A DNA stretch of 64,000 bases from positions 62,001 through 126,000 of the forward strand of contig NIVC01000303.1 of assembly GCA_002269645.1 (NCBI GenBank), written 5' to 3'. The notes beneath the pieces were generated by a model that made no database searches, was not told where the DNA came from, and saw nothing but the letters and a program-made list of their open reading frames with translations. The position numbers were made by a program, and so were the translations under genes. Positions 43,595 to 56,551 of this stretch are shown here, piece by piece (position 1 is the stretch's first letter; each line of letters opens with the position of its first letter). The stretch comes from Macrostomum lignano (Eukaryota).

Positions 43595-46491
43595 TTAACC
43601 GACAATTTGAATCTCCTCCGTGGCGGTTTCATCTTCGGCGCGAGTCATGCCGGCATCCGGAGACACCCCAGCCGCCTGCTTGGAAGCGTCAGCGATAGCG
43701 CGTTGCTTTCTCCATTTCGCCACGTTCTGAATCTGCCCCATGGAGGCGATGCTGATGAATATGCTGTCGCCGTCGGCTAGGCGAAGACTCTCCACAGTTG
43801 AATTGTTGGAGATCTCCATCCAAGGACAAGCGTCTGCAAGGGGTAGGGGCGAGTATGAAAGTTTTTTGCGTTGAGATGCCACAGTTGGCCCGCAGCCAAC
43901 GAGGAGGCACAGGCAGGAGTACCCGAGCACACCCTCTGCCCCTTGGGATCGCAATCCCTCACGCAGGTTGCACAGTGGACCTGACAATTGCTTATCCTCA
44001 TTCAGTTGTGCGCACTCGTTTTGAGTACGTTTTGAGTTTATCAAATCATATTGCACCGTACCGCCAGCTCACCAGCGGTGTTGCCGAAGATGTCGCTATA
44101 GTTCACCATGCCAAAGAAACCGTCCAAACAGAAGCGCAACCCGGGCGAGGTGATGCCCAGTCTCTCTTTCATTGTGTCCATCACTTTGCCTAACGGATAA
44201 TTGACTCGCACTCGCATCTTGATGCCCACAGTCCAGTAGGGTAAGCACTCCGGCATGTACATCTTATCTTTGGTGATCACACCGGATGTTATCAGCTGCC
44301 AAAGCAGCAGCTCGTAGTTCCGGCGTCTGGTTCGAAAGAACATTGTAACGTAGTTGCGTCTTGTCGGACGGAACGTCGATCGGTAATGCTTCATGGTGTC
44401 TGTCAGGTCAAATTTGTAAGCGTCGATTTCCTAGAAATAAGTGAGTTAGAATTTTTAGTCTGATCAACTACCAACAAAATATTATTGGCCAGGCAACTAT
44501 TTAAAACCTGGCTAACTATGACTAACTTTTCACTCGATAAGGCGCATATTTTTGCTATGGCAGTTGTTATTTGTCCGGTGACCGGACGAATAGCGACATG
44601 GTTATTCGTCCGGTTACCGGACAAATAGCCATTTCACTATTCGTCCGGTTATTTTACCGGACAAATAGCCATTTTGTTATTCGTCCGGTTAAATATATAT
44701 TACTAGTACTATCTACTTGTAGGGAATATGTCTGGTTTTTAACGGCTTCTTTACTCGTATCTTGATCAATATATTGTTATACTAGTGTACGACTACATGC
44801 GCGATTAGTTTCACTTAAAATTTAGCTTGCAGGCACGTTTGTCTTTGCACGATTGTTGAAACCGCTCAATGCTTATCTAGCATTTTAGATTAGATAGTAA
44901 TAACTATCTCAAAGGTATATGTATATCTCATCTATATTGCATACTGTATCGATGCAGATGCCACGATAGTACTCTAATGGCGGTAGCTTTATGGTGTATT
45001 GTAGAAAACCAATTGGTATATTAAATTGGCTTTATTCAACACTCAAAAAGTGTTGAGTGTTGAATGATTCCCTCCTCGTTCCAACATGCACATAGTGCAT
45101 GCGCATGTGCCTACCCTTTTCGATCAATTATTCCGCACGTTGCACTTATCATTAATATACCAATTGGTTTTCTACGATACACCATAAAGCTACCGCCATT
45201 AGAGTACTATCGTGGCATCTGCATCGATACAGTATGCAATATAGATGAGATATACATATACCTTTGAGATAGTTATTACTATCTAATCTAAAATGCTAGA
45301 TAAGCATTGAGCGGTTTCAACAATCGTGCAAAGACAAACGTGCCTGCAAGCTAAATTTTAAGTGAAACTAATCGCGCATGTAGTCGTACACTAGTATAAC
45401 AATATATTGATCAAGATACGAGTAAAGAAGCCGTTAAAAACCAGACATATTCCCTACAAGTAGATAGTACTAGTAATATATATTTAACCGGACGAATAAC
45501 AAAATGGCTATTTGTCCGGTAAAATAACCGGACGAATAGTGAAATGGCTATTTGTCCGGTAACCGGACGAATAACCATGTCGCTATTCGTCCGGTCACCG
45601 GACAAATAACAACTGCCTTTTGCTATTGATAAGCACTTCTTTTAAACTACATCAGTAGCTTCTGTCTTAACTCCTATTTTACAACCACCTCTCACTTTAC
45701 GACCAGTACCCTTTAATCTAAAAACCACCTTTCACTTGTGTATGACCACCCCTCGAGTTAAAAACCAACCCTGACTTTATGACCAACCTTCAATTTAAGA
45801 AACACTCCTCACTCTACGACCACCCGCACTCTACGACCACCCCTCACTCTGTGACCACCCCTCAAGTTAAAACTACCCCTCACTTTACGACCACCCTCCC
45901 TTTACGACCACCCCTCACTTTACGACCACCCCTCACTTTACGACCACCCCTCACTTTACGACCACCCCTCACTTTACGACCACCCCTCACTTTACGACCA
46001 CCCCTCACTTTACGACCACCCCTCACTTTACGACCACCCTCAAGTTAAAACCACCCCTCACTTTACGACCACACCTTAAGTTAAAAGCCAACCCTTACTT
46101 TACGACCACCCCTCAGTTTAAAAAACCCCTTGCTATACGACTACCCATCGCCTCACAGTTTATAACCATCTGTCATTTTAAAACGACTCGTCCTATTACA
46201 AAAACCCATTCCGTCAAAAAACGTTTACTCTACAATTAAACCAAGCCCCCCCCTATCTGTCTGCCTGTCCAAATTCAACATCAAAATAAAACAGAATGTC
46301 TTTTTAGTATAACAAAACTGAAGATTGCGCTCAAGTAATATAGGCATAGCTACCTCAGGCAACGTTGGTGGGTCATATGCTTTATCAGCTAACGGCATTG
46401 AATTGTTAGTATCCAAGCCAATTGGAACTTCGTCGAAGCTCATCGTCGAATCTTCAACAATTTTGTCGTCGCTCATGTTGTTCGACACCAT
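43595..46491 (-). CDS. SUMO-like (Rad60-SLD-type ubiquitin fold) domain protein, paralogue A; complement(join(43595..43833,44073..44430,46354..46491)), ~244 aa
   Basis: GT-AG introns in phases 0 and 1, at the same positions as paralogue B. KMRVRVNYPLGKVMDTMKERLGITSPGLRFCLDG...EISNNSTVESLRLADGDSIFI aligns by eye to the SUMO core. Confidence 0.8.
44559..45617. mobile_element. Foldback element with 466-bp perfect inverted arms
   Basis: Arms at 44559-45024 and 45152-45617, 127-bp spacer; 9-bp TSD TTTTGCTAT at 44550-44558 and 45618-45626 (MULE/Merlin-type). Confidence 0.9.
45690..46110 (+). repeat. 18-bp tandem repeat (CACTTTACGACCACCCCT)
   Basis: Direct reading; paralogue A intron 1. Confidence 0.9.
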
Positions 46492-47124
46492 TTTGAATTC
46501 GGAATATGAGTTCTGTTAAACTGCAAAATGGCACCTCGATTTAATGACGACGGCAGTTTAACAAACAAAAAACTTTATTCCAAGGTTTGACAGTTGAATC
46601 TACCTTACTGACTTACTCTTACGTTTATTGGTTCACTTTCGACCATAGACTACGATTTTGAACTCCAATTTCGTTGACGAAAGTACTTATTATTATAAAT
46701 TATATCACACCCACTCTCGTCACACCAACGGAGTTTTCGAAAAAGTACTATTTCTAAGAAAGGTTGTACTTTTATAGTTATAGTCTACGAGTGGCTACAA
46801 AGTTATTTTTCGAAACAAAGAGAAAAAATTGCACATGAAAATCTGATGGGATAAAAATGTTTTTGGTAAAGCATCGTAAAGGCATGCAGTTAAAAATAAC
46901 ACTGCTATCTTTCTTCAAACTATCTTCCTCGAGCATGTGGAAAGCAAAACATGAATTATTGAGTATAGTGTGATTTGCTGAGTAAAAACAGTTAACCTTG
47001 AAATACTCGCTTCTTATACGTCAAGTAGCAGCTATTTCTCTATAGCACAATAGCTTTGTGGAAGCACATAGCTTTTATGAATGCTATGTTTAAAAACGGG
47101 CATCATCCAATTTCCTAATATCCT

Positions 47125-47330
47125 CCCAGGGTTTCCCGCAGGAGGGTTTCCCGCAGGAGGCTTTCCCGCAGCGAGAGTTTCCCCCCGGAGGGTTTACCGC
47201 AGCGAGGGTTTCCAGCAGCGAGGGTTTACCACAGCGAGGGTTTACCACAGCGAGGGTTTCACCTCGGAGGGTTTACCGCAGCGAGGGTTCACCCAGGAGG
47301 GTTCACCCAGGAGGGTTTACTGCAGTGAGG
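47125..47330 (+). repeat. Degenerate ~15-19-bp repeat (GCAGCGAGGGTTTACC)
   Basis: Direct reading; lies between the two divergent start codons. Confidence 0.75.
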
Positions 47331-47630
47331 TTTGCAAGAGCGATGATTGCATGTCTCTCGGTGAAGTTTTTCAGTCAGAAATTTGCGTGTTGTCTATGGC
47401 CCGAACCAGTTCTAACTTCAGCATGATAAAAATATATACTTTTAAGTACGCTAAAGGGTAATATCTATGGGTCTAACATTTATGAAGCTTCGAAAAAACA
47501 CAGAATTTATCACTCAGTTGTAGTGCAAATCGCTAAATTTGTTAAATTTACTATTAAGAACCAATAGGTAGATTCGAATTTTGCTCTACTCCCAACAAGC
47601 AGCCAAAAAAGCAAGTTATCTCGGCTGAAA

Positions 47631-50467
47631 ATGACCATGAAAAATAATGACTATAAGCTGTGTAGCAACAACTCCATGCCTATGGCTGACAAAGCATACG
47701 ATGCTCCGGAACCACCCGAGGTAAGAGACTGTACTTTTAAGTGGTTTGTTATTTTAATCATCTTTTGGTTGGGCTATGCGTCAAAAAAATCTTCCACAGC
47801 TGAGTGGTAGCTACACCTGAGTAGACAAACGGTAGCTACACCTGAGTAGACAAATGGTAGCTACACCTGAGTAGACAAACGGTAGCTACACCTGAGTAGA
47901 CAAATGGTAGCTACACCTGAGTAGACAAACGGTAGCTACACCTGAGTAGACAAACGGTAGCTACACCTGAGTAGACAAGTGGTAGCTACACCTGAGTAGA
48001 CAAACGGTAGCTACACCTGAGTAGACAAATGGTAGCTACACCTGAGTAGACAAACGGTAGCTACACCTGAGTAGACAAATGGTAGCTACACCTGAGTAGA
48101 CAAACGGTAGCTACACCTGAGTAGATAAATGGTAGCTACACCTGAGTAGACAAATGGTAGCTACACCTGAGTAGACAAATGGTAGCTACACCTGAGTAGA
48201 CAAATGGTAGCTACACCTGAGTAGACAAATGGTAGCTACACCTGAGTAGACAAATGGTAGCTACACCTGAGTAGACAAACGGTAGCTACACCTGAGTAGA
48301 CAAACGGTAGCTACACCTGAGTAGACAAACGGTAGCTACACCTGAGTAGACAAATGGTAGCTACACCTGAGTAGACAAACGGTAGCTACACCTGAGTAGA
48401 CAAATGGTAGCTACACCTGAGTAGACAAATGGTAGCTACACCTGAGTAGACAAACGGTAGCAACACCTGAGTAGACAAATGGTAGCTACACCTGAGTAGA
48501 CAAATGGTAGCTACACCTGAGTAGACAAATGGTAGCTACACCTGAGTAGACAAACGGTAGCTACACCTGAGTAGATAAATGGTAGCTACACCTGAGTAGA
48601 CAAATGGTAGCTACACCTGAGTAGACAAACGGTAGCTACACCTGAGTAGACAAATGGTAGCTACACCTGAGTAGACAAATGGTAGCTACACCTGAGTAGA
48701 CAAATGGTAGCTACACCTGAGTAGACAAATGGTAGCTACACCTGAGTAGACAAATGGTAGCTACACCTGAGTAGACAAATGGTAGCTACACCTGAGTAGA
48801 CAAATGGTAGCTACACCTGAGTAGACAAATGGTAGCTACACCTGAGTAGACAAATGGTAGCTACACCTGAGTAGACAAATGGTAGCTACACCTGAGTAGA
48901 CAAATGGTAGCTACACCTGAGTAGACAAATGGTAGCTACACCTTGAGTAGACAAATGGTAGCTACACCTTGAGTAGACAAATGGTAGCTACACCTGAGTA
49001 GACAAATGGTAGCTAAACCTGAGTAAACAAACGGTAGCAACACCTGAGTAGACAAACGGTAGCAACACCTGAGTAGACAAACGGTAGCTACATCTGAGTA
49101 GACAAATGGTAGCTACACCTGAGTAAACAAACGGTAGCTACACCTGAGTAAACAAACGGTAGCTACACCTGAGTAGACAAATGGTAGCTACACCTGAGTA
49201 AACAAACGGTAGCAACACCTGAGTAGACAAACGGTAGCAACACCTTGAGTAGACAAATGGTAGCTAAACCTGAGTAGACAAGTTAGCTACAAGATAATAC
49301 ATGTATGTTCAAATTTCTCTTGCAGGACATCGAGGCATTCCTACCCGGCTTGGCAGAAATTGCCCAACAAAATCGTCTGTCAGGAATTCGGCCAACTCGC
49401 CGCAATTACGCCACTCTGTACTTTCGCGTTCGTCGACGAAATTACGAACAGCTGCTTTGGCAATACTTCAGCCAGGGAATATTCAGCAAGGACAGAATGT
49501 ATTCGCCTAAATGCCTGCCTTACTGGACTATTGGGATGAAGATGCGACTAAGGCACACCTATCCGTTAGGTCGCGTGCTGGATACCATGAAGCAGAGATT
49601 GGGGATTAACGTTCCGGGCATTCGCTTCTGCCTGGATGGCTTTTTTGGCATGGTCAATTATACTGACATCTTTGGTCGCTCATCCGGTGAGTATAAAAAA
49701 AGAGAATTATTTCTTATCCTTCGTACTTACAGTAAGAGTTCCTAGTATAATCTTTGTGTTGCGACACTTTTTAATAAAGCGTGCACTACCATTCTTAAAA
49801 TTGCTCATAAAACCATCTTAGTGTCGGTCATAAACCTTCCTTATAATCGGGCATAAATTACTCAGAATCGCTCATAAATCATTCTCAAAATCTGTCATGA
49901 AATCGGTCATAAACCATTCCTAAAATATGTCATAAACCATTCTTGAAATCGTTCATAAACCATTTTTAGAATCTCTCATAAACCTTTTTTGAATTGATCA
50001 TAAAATATTCTTAGAATCGCTCATAAACCATTGTTCGAATCGGTCATAACCCATTGTTACAATATATCATAATCCATTGTTAGAATTGATCATGAAATTC
50101 TTAGAATCGTCATAAATCACTCTTAGAAGCGTAATAAACCATTCGTAGAATCTCTCATAAACTAATCTTGAATTGGTCATACAACATTCTTAGAATCGGT
50201 CATAAACCATTCTTAGATGCGTGCCCGTGGATGGAAATATCAATCTGCTCTACTGTGCTCAGCTTGCGCCTAAAAGACGGCGACAGCATCTTCATAAGCA
50301 TCGCCACCTCCGCTCAGATTGAACGGGTCCTGGCCTATCGCAAGCAAAATGCGCTGGAGCCAGCAACTAATCAGGACCAAAACACGGCTGAACAGAAGAA
50401 GCGTCAGAGCAAAGCTGTACGACCTTCTGCCGCATCGATGTCCGTTGACTTTGCGGAAGAAATTTAA
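47631..50467 (+). CDS. SUMO-like domain protein, paralogue B; join(47631..47720,49326..49686,50217..50467), ~233 aa
   Basis: GT-AG introns in phases 0 and 1. Shares NNSMP.ADKAYD.P..PE, RPTRRNY, CLPYWT.G.KMR and DACPWMEIS blocks with paralogue A. Confidence 0.8.
47805..49285 (+). repeat. 25-bp tandem repeat (GGTAGCTACACCTGAGTAGACAAAY), ~59 copies
   Basis: Direct reading; paralogue B intron 1. Confidence 0.97.
49790..50216 (+). repeat. Degenerate ~22-bp repeat (CATAAACCATTCTTAGAATCGGT-like)
   Basis: Direct reading; paralogue B intron 2. Confidence 0.8.
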
Positions 50468-51642
50468 GGCAAGCCCGATTTTTCTATTGGGATTGTCTGC
50501 TAGACTGCGCGCTTTATAAATATTGATTGTTAAGCAATCCAGATTTTTTTAACTTCGGGACGTAGTTAAGAAATATGCTGAAAGTACAGGCTGCGTTGAA
50601 ACAAAACATCTACGAGTATTAGGCATGTTAAACCTGATCGGCCAAATACCTATGTGCGTCGAGCGTCAGATGTCCCCTTGATCTACCTACATCTAGAAGG
50701 CTAAAAATAGAACAGGCGTCATCTTGCTCTACGTACACCTGAGAGGCTAAAAATAGAACAGGCGTCATCTTGATGTATGTACGAACGGGTTTCATGCCTG
50801 TATAGTGTACGCACATCTGAAAGGCTAAAAATAGACAAGGAGTCAATCATTTGGTTTTATCCAAACACAATAGGGAGAAACCTTGGGTTCGAAAATAGAA
50901 ATGCATGTATAATTTCATCAGCAGCATGTACTTTTGAATGGCTTGTTCTTCGTACGATGCAGCCACTGAAATAATAGGCGACGACAGTCAATTAGTGTTT
51001 GAGCTTGAGCAGATTATGTTTGTTGAAGCGATCACTACGGAAGAAAAACTTGATCAGTCAGTTTGCTTCAACTTGACAGCCAGCCATCTGTCTCAGCTTG
51101 TGCTTTAGTAAACTTCATATCGAGTCATGACATATATAAAACTACGCCAGCTTTTAAAGATTTGCATTGCTGACTTGAGTGCAAAACCGAGGACCAATTA
51201 ACTTTGTTGTGTTCTTGGTCCTATGTAGTCATGGTGGTCCTTGAAAGTTGATGTTTTTATAAATGGATCTAGTTTTTTTTTCCTTTTGCCGTCATTTTTT
51301 ATTTTTATTACAGTATGTTGCTTAATTACGGCCAAGACTTTTTTAGTCTCGGCCGCACCTGCACCTGCCTAAATGTAGGTGGATTTTTTCATCAATTTTT
51401 TCATCCAAAACCATTGTCGAAATAGATTTGAATCGATGCTCTGTCCGGATTTGTTTTTTTTTACCGGAATTGTCACCCAAAATATATTTGTTTGTCATGG
51501 TTACACTGCAAGCAAGCAAGTCTCACCTTTTTCTATTTTTCACAAACTGAAACAGAAGTGATGACTAATTTTTTTGTTGGCTTCAACTTTTACTCCGTTT
51601 TTGTACGTGCCAAAAATGTTTGAACAATAACTGTCGATGGCA

Positions 51643-52010
51643 GGGGGGCCGTAGCCCAGCGGTAGCGCAGTTGCTCTGGTGTGCCAGCGACCCAGGCTCG
51701 ATTCCAAGTGCAGTCACATTAATTTGGGGCTGAATTGGAATCTCGGCTTGGCTCTGCTCGTGCAATTAACGGCCTTGAGAGCCAACCCCCCAAAGGCGCA
51801 GTGAAGTGTACATGCCTAACGATAAAATAAAGTTAGGGCCGCTGTACACTCCTGTGTGAGTGTGCGCCTGCGTACGTATCCGCGCGCTTGTGAGCCTGCT
51901 CAGGGGAGTCGGCGGAATGGGCAGTAATGCCTCTCGCCGGTTGTGTGCCTATGTCGCTTAAAGTGCGCCAGGGTGCACACAACCCCCCTGCATCTAAAAA
52001 TCTATAAAAA
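51643..52010 (+). mobile_element. tRNA-derived SINE (longer copy)
   Basis: A box TAGCCCAGCGG, B box GGCTCGATTCC, A-rich tail; 14-bp TSD AACTGTCGATGRCA at 51629-51642 and 52011-52024. Confidence 0.87.
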
Positions 52011-52899
52011 AACTGTCGATGACATGGATATTTGAGGTCAAATATATTTACTTAATAGACATGATCTTCAGGCCATGCTCTCAAACAATACTACATGTAC
52101 ATGTACCAGCAGGACACCTGCTATTCTCGTGTGTGCAACGTGCCAGCGTAGCTAGTCTCCGTGATCACGGTACTGCTAAAATGATTGTTTGGATCAACAC
52201 AAGGTCCAATTATCAGCTCTGGGCGATCCATCTAGATCAACAGTAACGCTGGCATCTTTTTGGCCCTCGACCGCAGGTGCTGCATCCGGAGTTACGTGTA
52301 TGCTTTCTATCACGCTTCTCCAGCGCGCTCAACTACATTGCGCCGACAATCTCGCCTCGCTGTCCTCAAACGTTCGGCGATCTCATTGGTTCCAAATCTT
52401 TGTGATCGGATCTGTGCCTTTTGACAAGGCTGAGTTACACATGTAACCTAAACATTTCGTTCTATTCTGGCTTGAGCGCAGAACTCGACCATGACTGGGC
52501 TGTACAAGTATGTGACACACTGACAGATACAGCACCCCATGCACACTCGAAAAGTGGACGCGAGATCGCACTCTCGATCGGGCCTGCAGCGCACTACCTG
52601 TAAGAGCTAGGGCACCGTGCTGAAAGTTTATAGTCACGTGAGCTCTGAGCTTGAAAATTAACATGTAACATGTATATAGCCCAACAACCTTGTGGCTGGC
52701 AGGCCTCAATTCATGATATAACCCTCTGTTTTCATTGATACAGCCGTGAGCTTCTTCAAATCAGCATTTCGACCCATGATTTTCTACGATTTGCAAAAAG
52801 GTTCTACGAGTAATATCGTACAAGCAATTATACGAATCCCTCAGGCAGTGCTTTGGCGAGGAGTGTTCATTAGAAGTCACACTTATTTATTAGTTTCGT

Positions 52900-53600
52900 G
52901 AGTCTTAAAGAGGGAGTAGGACCGACTTCGAAGACGAACCCCGCGCTTTGACCGTCCAACAGAGGCCGCCATGCACGCCAGCAGCAGCTGCATGGTCAAA
53001 GAAGACCCCCAAGTCACCACGAGGGACGTCAAGCAGCACCTGGCCATTGGATCCGCGGCGGTGCAAAAGCTTATTGTCCACGAGCATCTTGGACTGACCC
53101 AGCGATCGGCAGGTTGGGTGCCCAACACAAAGTGATGGAGGACCAGAAACCGGCTCGGGTTGACTGGTTGCTCCAAAATGTGCTCCAAAATTCATGCTTC
53201 AAAAGTTCAACGACAGGGCGTCAAAGCAGGTTGACATTGTCACAGGTGATGAAATGTGGATATCCGACTAAGACCCCGAAACCAAACAGCAGTCGACGGT
53301 ATGGCAGTTCCCCCTGAAGAACCTCCGACCAAAGTGAAAAGGCCCAGGAGCGTTTGCACACGGATGGTGGTTGTTTTTTTTCCCGAAAATAGGGCTTGTC
53401 GCAGTCGTTCCACTGAAGGAGAGACGGACCGTCAACTCCGATTCGTACACCACCATTTGCCTGCCTAAATTAGGTGTTCCAGGAGCTCCGCAATAAGCGC
53501 CCAAGGACCGAAACCCACTGAATTCTGCTGCACCCCTACCCACACTGCAGCGGCAACTCTCGACTTTCTGGCCGCTAAAAACGTCCAGCTCGTCACATCA
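52900..53600 (+). pseudogene. mariner transposase relic
   Basis: HEHLG....AGWVP, DIVTGDEMWI, DPETKQQSTVW, PPTKVKR and ILLH..PHTAAATLDFL motifs across frameshifts; truncated before the third catalytic Asp. Confidence 0.85.
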
Positions 53601-55170
53601 ACAAAAACAACAGAATACGCAGTTAGCGTCACAGGGCGCGCTTCACTCGAATTCACCCGACCCTGTCAGGTCGCGAATGAACGTCACGCTGCCGGCTGAA
53701 TCCGGGGCACCGGCGTGAGCCAGCAGGCAGTCGACAAAACGCCGAGTGCGCGCCTGCCCCCGCCGGTAGGGTGCCTGCAGCGTTGGCAGCAGCACCTCCC
53801 GAAACGGCTCTGGGCAGTACGACTCGGCGCGGACGATGTGGCCTGCCAGCTGAAGTCGCCGAAGGCGCAACAGGTCGCTTGGACGGACCAGACCGGCGCG
53901 GCGATACAAAGCTGCGTTGGTCACTCGCTCGTAGCCGATCTGGAAGGCGGCGCGCAGCAGGCCAGCGTGCGCCGCGTCAACTTGCTGCTCGAGCGACTTC
54001 GTCAGCGTCCAGGTCTCGGCGTTGTACAGCAGGACGGTCTCGATCACCGCCTGGAACAACGCCGCCCTCTAGCGGTCAGGTAAGGCCTCGGACTGCAGGA
54101 CTGCCCTCACAGAACGAAAGGCAGCCCAGGCAATCCCGCTGCGACGCCACAAATCCTCGCGGACTCCGGGAACCAGATCGCCCAGGTAGACGTACTGCTG
54201 ACAACGCGGAAGCTCTGTCGCCTGTCCATCAGCGCCTCGGCACAAAATCGCAGTCTCGATGTCGTCCGGCACGCAGAGCATGACGGTCTTCTGCGTGTTG
54301 ACCACCAGGCCGAAACTCGCCGCAACAGCAACTACAGCTTGTCCAGTTGTTGCTGGGCGCCCTCGACAGTTGAGGACAGCAGGGCAAGATAGCCAAGCAC
54401 GCTGAGCCGCCTCTCCGGTTGATGTTGACCCACGCGTCGCCGCAACAGAAAGCCGTCGTCGTTGGTAGAAAGAGCGGTCCGCAGCACCCAGTCAAGCACC
54501 AGAGCGAACAGGAACAGCGCAAGCGTATCTCCCTGAAGCACCCCGGAGGATGTCTCATCCGATAGGCCGTCCGGTGTTGAAACAGCAGCTTTCGTATCAC
54601 GGTACATCGCCATGATGGCGGAAATCAGCTGCTCTGGGACGTTTTACGCACGGAGCACCTTTGGGAGCACAGACCTGAGGACCGAGTCGAATGCGTTCTT
54701 GAAAACTATGAATATAACATCAGGATCGACTGGCGTGTTCGTGCTTCCTCGCCGAAGAGCCAGGATCTGCCTCTGTGCCGCGATGGGGCCGGAAGCCGTT
54801 CTGCTCAGGACGCAGGTACGGATCCAGCACGGGCTGCAACCGCGATAGGAGCATCCGGTTGAACAACCTCGCAGCGCAGGACTGAAGGCAGATATCTCGA
54901 TGCTCCTCAAGCCTCGTGGTGCCCGGCTTCTTTTAGAACTGTGACGATGCAACTGCTTGTCATGCAACCGCCCTATTTGCCAGACCTTGCCTCCCTGTGA
55001 CTTCTGGCTCTTCCCTAAAGTCAAATAGCAGCTCAGGGAACGTCGTTCGAACCTTCAAACTCTTTGGCGGCTCGATCTGGAGTTGGCTCTCGAGGGTCTC
55101 GAAAAGCAGAGCTTCCAGGACTGCTCCGTGAAGTGAAGGTTCGATCGCGCTCATGCACTCCCGCATTCCG
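53600..55170 (-). mobile_element. 5'-truncated RTE-clade non-LTR retrotransposon relic (RT + C-terminus)
   Basis: RLFNRMLLSRLQ...RPEQNGFR, FKNAFDSV, GVLQGDTLA.FLF and VLLYNAETWTLTK...RRLQLAGHIVR motifs; frameshifted; TGT/TGA-like tail near 53600. Confidence 0.85.
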
Positions 55171-56246
55171 GGTCGCAGGAGAATATAAAAAAATGTAACT
55201 TTTGATTGTTTAGGATTATTTTTTGAGTAACTAATTGTAAACGTAGACTTGTCAGCATAGCCATCGCGCATATATACGTTTACATGTAATTGCAGCTTCT
55301 ATATAAAGATCGGCAAAAAGCGAGAAATGTATACATACAGCGAGTAACACTTCTACTGACTCGATCATGTTGCGACTTTATTTGAATGCAAATACCATGT
55401 TTACATATGTTTAGTTGATAGGTCTTTTTTATTGGGTTATACATGCACTGCATCTATTTTTCATGTACATTGCGAAATTAGTACGTACGCATACATAATG
55501 TAGTTTACAGCTAGTTACATATATATTTACTTTAGTACTTGCGTCTTCCTTTTTGTTTTTTTTCTCCCTTTTTGTTTTGATTCTCTGCTTTCGTTGTTTT
55601 TTGTATTGTATCATCTACCACTTTTTCCTGAGTCACTTCTTAACTGCCTTTTAGTTTTTTAGAAGTTTTTGTGACTTCACTTTACCCCCTTGCACTTGCA
55701 TGGTCGTCTTTCCCTCCCCCGGCCAGATCGAACAGAGCAGCCTGGTGTTGCGCATGCATATAGGTGGTCAAAGCAAATGCAGACCGTCGTTTTTAACTAC
55801 TTTTAACTTAACTTTATACTTACACGAAGTAATAAGTATACTGCTGAATTGAAGGACTGAAATGCTGGTGTTGAAGTACTTTTTTAGTGTATAAAAAGCA
55901 ATTCAGTTTGATATTCTTTAAATTCAGATATTATAAGCTAAAAATTTTCGAATTCATTGACATAGAACTTAAAAGGGTATAATTATTTGTTAAAGCTAGA
56001 CTGTCAATTGTTTTGCAGAAATAATCAAAGGGTCAGTTTAAACAGATATCGATAATGACATGTCTGGGGTTTGACGACTGACTGACCAACACGACATGGT
56101 CCTAGCAACTAAGTAGACATTCATGGTGCAGGCATATTTGACTAGCAAGCTAGGGCCTGCACACATTATATATATTATAATATATTATCATACATTTGCA
56201 ACCCTTGCTGTGGGACTGGGCGGCCAAGACAGGCATGCCATGAGGG

Positions 56247-56551
56247 CAGTGGCGGATCTAGAGTTTCATTTGGGGGGGGGGCGGTTCAAGTTTGGACTGT
56301 TTGGTGTGCCAACACGAGTATAAGGGGCGCCAATTTTTAAGCTTAGGGGCACAAAAAATGCATGTAAGGGCCGAAAAATCAAGCTTAGGGGCGTAAAAAA
56401 GGCGTTTTGAGGCGAAAAATCAAGTTTAGGGAGCGCAAATTTAGGTTTTTGAACTTTTTGGGGGCGCAATATGTTCTGTCAAGCTATTTGAGGGGCAGCA
56501 GACGAAACAACTGTCAACCGGGGGCACCCCCCACCCCTAAATCTGCCCCTG
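56247..56551. mobile_element. hAT MITE
   Basis: TIRs CAGTGGCGGATCTAG / TAAATCTGCCCCTG; 8-bp TSD CATGAGGG at 56239-56246 and 56552-56559; subterminal AGGGGCGC repeats. Confidence 0.88.

Noticed and set aside
47805-49285. 25-bp array as a CRISPR array
   Set aside because: Contiguous tandem units without spacers, in a eukaryotic intron, with no cas genes.
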